From the NCBI GenBank assembly GCA_012729505.1, contig JAAYDA010000019.1, forward strand, positions 234 to 64,233: DNA of 64,000 nt. Direction: 5' to 3'. A program made the translations under genes and the position numbers. Of the stretch, positions 60,178 through 64,000 are shown in pieces (position 1 is the first letter of the stretch; every line of letters starts with the position of its first letter). The notes beneath the pieces were generated by a model, which saw nothing but the letters and a program-made list of their open reading frames with translations, searched no databases and was not told where the DNA came from. The stretch comes from Syntrophomonadaceae bacterium (GTDB lineage Bacteria > Bacillota > Syntrophomonadia > Syntrophomonadales > DTU052).

Positions 60178-61071
60178 TCACCTCTTTAACCCGGCCAGGA
60201 TAGTATTCATCATTAAATTTACCGTAATCACCAGCACCACCAGAACCAGCCCGGCTGCAAACAGAGCCTGGTAATGAGCAGTCCCCGGGGTTGCGCTGCC
60301 TATCTCCAAGGCAATAAGGGCTGACAAAGGCTCACCCTTGCTAAACCACGAAATAGGCAGCAGAAGGGTATTCCCCGCCAGCATAAGCACCGCCATAGTC
60401 TCTCCCATGGCTCTCCCCAGGCCCAGCACCAAAGCTCCGATCATCCCTTTTCTGGCCATGGGGACCAGTATATGAACGGTATAGTATTGTCTGGATACTC
60501 CCAGAGAAAGGCCGGCATAGCGGATTTGCGGAGCAACTGCCCGCAGGGCGGCTTCAGAATTGGCAATAATAAACGGAAGAATCATGATAGCCAGCACCAG
60601 AGAGGCGGCGAATAATGATTCCCCGGAAGCTAAATCAAAGGTGGCCTCAAAATATTTGACCAGTACTGCCGCCCCCAGGAATCCGTATACTACCGAAGGA
60701 ATTCCGGTGAGCATATTCAAAACCGGCCGAATGACAGCCGCCAAGCTCCGGGGAGCAAATTCAGCCATAAAAATTGCACAGCCAAAACCGATGGGAGCGG
60801 CAATGACCAAAGCGCCTAATGCCACCCACAGAGTACTGACCAGCATAGCAGCAATACCCATAATCGGTTCAGCCGCCACCGGCCTCCAGGTGGTTCCCGT
60901 TAAAAATTGGAACACCCCAATATCCGACCATATGGGTAAGCTCTCCCTAAACATAAAAAAGACCATGCCCAGAAGCAGCAGGCTGGATAGGACAGCAATT
61001 GTGGTGACACCGGCAATAAAAGGCTTTTCCCGTTTAGATTTCACGTCTCTTGCCTCACTTGCAGCCAACAA
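60178..61071 (-). CDS. pstC: phosphate ABC transporter permease PstC
   Basis: It is a six-TM permease (..AGLSLGVSRQYYTVHILVPMA..) located between pstS and pstA. Confidence 0.85.
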   Translation of the reverse strand: MLAASEARDVKSKREKPFIAGVTTIAVLSSLLLLGMVFFMFRESLPIWSDIGVFQFLTGTTWRPVAAEPIMGIAAMLVSTLWVALGALVIAAPIGFGCAIFMAEFAPRSLAAVIRPVLNMLTGIPSVVYGFLGAAVLVKYFEATFDLASGESLFAASLVLAIMILPFIIANSEAALRAVAPQIRYAGLSLGVSRQYYTVHILVPMARKGMIGALVLGLGRAMGETMAVLMLAGNTLLLPISWFSKGEPLSALIALEIGSATPGTAHYQALFAAGLVLVVLVITVNLMMNTILAGLKR

Positions 61072-61114
61072 TGGGCAGGATACTAATCCCGCCCATTATT
61101 ATCATCTGCAATTA

Positions 61115-62014
61115 TTATTTCGCTACCGGAACATAACCCATGTCTTCTACTACGGTCAGCCCTTTTTCAGACTGGAGATAATCCAGAAAAGCCTGTTCCT
61201 TGGCGTCAGGCTGGCTGGGGCTCACCAGGAGCAGGGGCCGGCTAATTTTATAGTCCCCGGAGATAATATTTTCAATGGTCGGAGCTATGCCGTCAACACT
61301 CAGGGGTATGATTTTATCAGGATTCTGGTTAACCAACCCGGAAGAAACATAGCCGATGGTCTCGGCATTATCCATGACTTTTCCTGCCAGAGCACCCATG
61401 GAAGGAATCTGTAATGCCTCCGGTGAAATAGGGGTTCCATGCATTACCGCTTTGTCAAACACTTCACTGGCGCCGCCGCCCAAGTCACGTACTGCCACCA
61501 CTATGGGGCGATCAGGCAAGCTGGAGTCTAGTTCTTTCCAGGTCTTGATCTCTCCGGCAAAAATAGCTCTTAATTCTTCAGTAGTCAGATCAGGCTTTAC
61601 ATTCACAATGGGATTCTGGGGATTAACGGCCACATCCAGCACATCTGATCCCAGCTGAACTATAACCCCTTCAGCAAATTGAGCCTTTTCTTCATCATTC
61701 AGATCCTTGGATACCATTCCGAAATCAAAAGTCCCGTCCACAGCCGATTTCAAGCCGAAGCCTGATCCGCCGGTAGACACAAATATTACGATTGGCTCTG
61801 CGGGCAAGCCGGCGTCTACCTTGTCCCATGTTTTGAATTCTTCGGTAAAGTCATCCGCGCATTTGGCAATAATCGGGGACAGAGTACTGGAACCACCTAC
61901 CTTGATGGATGTACTCTGCTCCGAGGTTCCTTCTTGTCCTCCGCCGCAACCGGCCAGAAGAGCCATTGCCAGAACCGCAATCAGCAACAGGGGCAACATT
62001 TTTTTCATTCGCAT
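61115..62014 (-). CDS. pstS: phosphate-binding lipoprotein PstS
   Basis: It has a lipoprotein signal (LLAGC). GGSSTLSP and STGGSGFG are PBP-like phosphate-binding motifs. Confidence 0.85.
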   Translation of the reverse strand: MRMKKMLPLLLIAVLAMALLAGCGGGQEGTSEQSTSIKVGGSSTLSPIIAKCADDFTEEFKTWDKVDAGLPAEPIVIFVSTGGSGFGLKSAVDGTFDFGMVSKDLNDEEKAQFAEGVIVQLGSDVLDVAVNPQNPIVNVKPDLTTEELRAIFAGEIKTWKELDSSLPDRPIVVAVRDLGGGASEVFDKAVMHGTPISPEALQIPSMGALAGKVMDNAETIGYVSSGLVNQNPDKIIPLSVDGIAPTIENIISGDYKISRPLLLVSPSQPDAKEQAFLDYLQSEKGLTVVEDMGYVPVAK

Positions 62015-62255
62015 TATGTATTCTACCTCCCCAAAAATTTTGATAACCTGCTTTGTATATTTTGAATTATCCTTGGTTAAATGTCTAATAACTATATGGA
62101 ATAGTTGCCGCCTGACCGATGGAATTTATGATTCCATCATGAACATGATATAATCTTCATAATTGAATCGTAAGGCTTACGATGCAGATGTACGCTGACC
62201 TCACAGAATCAGCGTCTAAGAATAGGACACAGCAATTATTGAGGAGGTTCTTTAA

Positions 62256-63113
62256 ATGAATTACAAACAAATCAAATACGATGTTACCGACCGCATATGC
62301 ACTATCACCCTTAATCGCCCCGAGCGGTTAAACGCTTACACTGAATTTATGCGTGATGAAATGATAGATGCTATGGACCGCGCAGAAGCTGACGACAATG
62401 TAAGGGTGATAATCGTGACCGGAGAAGGACGCGGATTTTGCGCCGGTGCCGATCTGAGCAGCGGAGGATCTTCCTTTACTTATGATGATGTCTCCGAAGA
62501 AGATCACCGTGATGGCGGCGGCATATTGGCTCTTCGCATTTTTCAATTGAAAAAGCCAATTATTGCGGCAATCAATGGTCCTGCCGTAGGGGTGGGACTC
62601 ACCATGACACTTCCCATGGATATCCGTATAGCTTCCAATACTGCCAGGATGGGCATAGTATTCGCCCGCCGGGGCATAGTCATCGATGCGGGTGCTTCGT
62701 GGTTTTTGCCCAGAGTGGTAGGTATTGGCCAGGCTCTGGAATGGGGACTGACCGGAAGAGTATTTTCTGCCCAGGAAGCTCTGGAACGCCGCTTGGTTAC
62801 TAAAATTGTGGATCCGGAAGAAGTGATTCCCGCCGCCCGGGCCATGGCTCTTGAAATTGCCGATAATACAGCGCCCGTGTCGGTAGCCATGACGCGGCAG
62901 CTGATGTGGACCATGCTGGGCGCCAGCCATCCCATGGAAGCACACCGGATCGAATCCAAAGGCTACCATTGGCTTGGACGCCAACCGGATGCCGCCGAAG
63001 GTGTAACATCATTCCTGGAAAAGCGGCCTCCTGATTTCACCATGAGCCCCGCCCGGGATATGCCCCATTTCTATCCCTGGACACCGGAGCCGCCGTTTAA
63101 AAGTGGAGAGTAG
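62256..63113 (+). CDS. enoyl-CoA hydratase/isomerase (crotonase) family protein
   Basis: ITLNRPERLNA, GEGRGFCAGADL and AAINGPAVGVGLTM are the crotonase oxyanion-hole motifs. RBS GAGGAGG precedes the start. Confidence 0.85.
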   Translation: MNYKQIKYDVTDRICTITLNRPERLNAYTEFMRDEMIDAMDRAEADDNVRVIIVTGEGRGFCAGADLSSGGSSFTYDDVSEEDHRDGGGILALRIFQLKKPIIAAINGPAVGVGLTMTLPMDIRIASNTARMGIVFARRGIVIDAGASWFLPRVVGIGQALEWGLTGRVFSAQEALERRLVTKIVDPEEVIPAARAMALEIADNTAPVSVAMTRQLMWTMLGASHPMEAHRIESKGYHWLGRQPDAAEGVTSFLEKRPPDFTMSPARDMPHFYPWTPEPPFKSGE

Positions 63114-63114
63114 G

Positions 63115-63625
63115 ATAGGCGAGAGGCGTGAGGCGGGAGGAGTGGAGCACGGAGGCCGAAACCGAGCAGATGAATTTGCCGGTTCTCATTCCGGGAGCAA
63201 GTGGAATTAACCACGTGTTACTGCGAAAGGCGGGAGGTGTGAGGCGTGAGGCGAAAGGCGAACGAAGACGCAGATGGGGACCGTCAGGGGAGGGGCGTGG
63301 TTAGTTCCGACGCAGAGACCGTTGGGATGAGGGCCGAGCAAACTCCTGCGAAGGTGAGGTCGGAGAGCAGCCGAAGGACAGGAGGTCCTGAGTCCGCCTC
63401 CTGAGCCATGGAGGGCGAATTGGCGGTGTGCTGCTCGGAGACCGAAACCGAGCAGATGAATTTGCCGGTTCTCATTCCGGGAGCAAGTGGAATTAACCAC
63501 GTGTTACTGCTGAAGTAAACTTGTAAGGAATTAAGGAAGTTCAGCGCTCCACGCTGAACCAAGCGAGGAGCACGAATCTCTTTAGGAGATTCGGCTCCCG
63601 CCTGCCTCACGCCTCACCCTCTCCA
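63115..63625 (+). repeat. ~510-nt block made only of mosaic repeat modules (G-rich tracts, two direct M2 copies, M1)
   Basis: M2 (CCGAAACCGAGCAGATGAATTTGCCGGTTCTCATTCCGGGAGCAAGTGGAATTAACCACGTGTTACTGC) occurs at about 63147-63215 and about 63442-63510. M1 lies at 63525-63604 with compensatory stem changes. Confidence 0.85.
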
Positions 63626-63992
63626 ACTCCAGCAAATACGACTTGATCTCCAATCCGCCGCCGTAACCCACCAGCTTTCCATTACTGCCGATTACCCGGT
63701 GACAGGGGATGAAAATTGCGATGGGATTCCGGTTGTTGGCCTGACCTACAGCCCGGTAAGCCCTGTCATTGCCGATGCTCCGGGCAATTTCCCCATAGGT
63801 GCGGGTCTCGCCATAGGGAATAGTTTGCAGGCTCTGCCAGACCCGCCTCATAAAATCAGTACCCGCCGGTGCCAAAGGCACCGTAAAATCCCGTTGTTCC
63901 CCGGCAAAATAATTCAGCAACTGCCGGCCCGCCTCTTTGATAAGGGCAGTTTCCTCCCTGACCATATGGGGATCCGGCAGGTCACCAGGCAA
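63582..63992 (-). CDS. ogt: methylated-DNA-protein-cysteine methyltransferase (Ogt/Ada C-domain family)
   Basis: It has the active site IPCHRV, and YGEIA and NPIAIFIPCHRVIG. The N-terminus may extend past the window end. The last ~12 codons read into repeat M1. Confidence 0.8.
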   Translation of the reverse strand: MPGDLPDPHMVREETALIKEAGRQLLNYFAGEQRDFTVPLAPAGTDFMRRVWQSLQTIPYGETRTYGEIARSIGNDRAYRAVGQANNRNPIAIFIPCHRVIGSNGKLVGYGGGLEIKSYLLELERVRREAGGSRIS

Positions 63993-64000
63993 ATATACAT

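Noticed and set aside
62042-62080. Hexamers with 11-nt periodicity upstream of pstS as PhoP boxes (minus strand TTAACC-5-TAATTC-5-ATACAA-5-GTTATC)
   Set aside because: Each hexamer matches the TTHACA consensus only weakly, so I could not support a call without a scoring matrix.
63207-63610. ORFs of 97 and 108 aa on the minus strand in the crotonase-ogt spacer
   Set aside because: They lie entirely within mosaic repeat modules that recur non-codingly elsewhere in both orientations. They have no RBS and a low-complexity Arg/Pro/Ser composition.
40840-63625. Interpretation of the mosaic repeats as integron attC sites flanking cassettes
   Set aside because: The window has no intI-type integrase, attI or Pc promoter. 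The cassettes lie in both orientations, separated by large operons, and the repeats lack a clear R''-L''/L'-R' attC layout. I keep only the weaker observation that they bracket accessory cargo.

Overview
Everything here comes from reading the sequence and the ORF track. No database search was run, family names rest on motifs I recognise, and non-ORF coordinates are good to a few nt. The window looks like a chromosome segment from a strictly anaerobic Firmicute. I infer a Clostridia/Peptococcaceae-like organism from the sigma-54 regulator, the radical dehydratase activase, an AbfD-type enzyme, copper-amine-oxidase-like stalk domains and a SipW/TasA-type locus.

It falls into three parts.

(1) 1-6.2 kb is an accessory 'junkyard'. 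It holds a RelE/ParE toxin-antitoxin (TA) pair, a Phd-like antitoxin gene, a truncated IS66 inserted into a nucleotidyltransferase gene, a Fic gene, IS21 and HD-domain remnants, and a DUF2283/DUF4258 pair with an in-frame stop. It also carries a promoter-bearing ~125-nt repeat in three full copies. One copy converges on a 28-codon holin-like toxin ORF, a candidate type I TA.

(2) 6.2-36 kb is anaerobic acyl-CoA metabolism. It has four acyl-CoA synthetase paralogues, a carboxyltransferase, and a sigma-54 activator with a textbook -24/-12 promoter. It also has a FAAL-PCP-reductase megaenzyme with an SDR, modABC, a CoA-transferase, and PadR with a recurring ATGT..ACAT operator motif. The remaining genes are an HGD-D family protein with its ATP-dependent activase, an AbfD/HpaB-family enzyme and two metallo-beta-lactamase-fold (MBL) hydrolases.

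(3) 36-64 kb is cell-surface and accessory. It contains two secreted stalk-domain proteins and a SARP/BTAD regulator with a degenerate GGDEF-like C-terminus that keeps an RxxD motif. A fibre locus follows: SipW-type signal peptidase, four proteins with SipW-type signal peptides, an LPXTG-type protein with a TasA-like domain, a sortase and a transglutaminase. Three c-di-GMP-I riboswitches sit in it, two of them in tandem. An MqsR-like/MqsA-Panacea TA interrupts this locus. Downstream are a MacB-type ABC operon, a NotI-like restriction-modification (R-M) cassette, pstSCAB, an enoyl-CoA hydratase and ogt.

A mosaic structured repeat family shows compensatory stem changes, always lies at gene 3' ends, and brackets the low-GC TA and R-M cassettes.

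I rank the c-di-GMP-wired SipW/TasA-plus-sortase fibre locus as the most likely undescribed system. The structured repeat family and the type I TA-like repeat come next.
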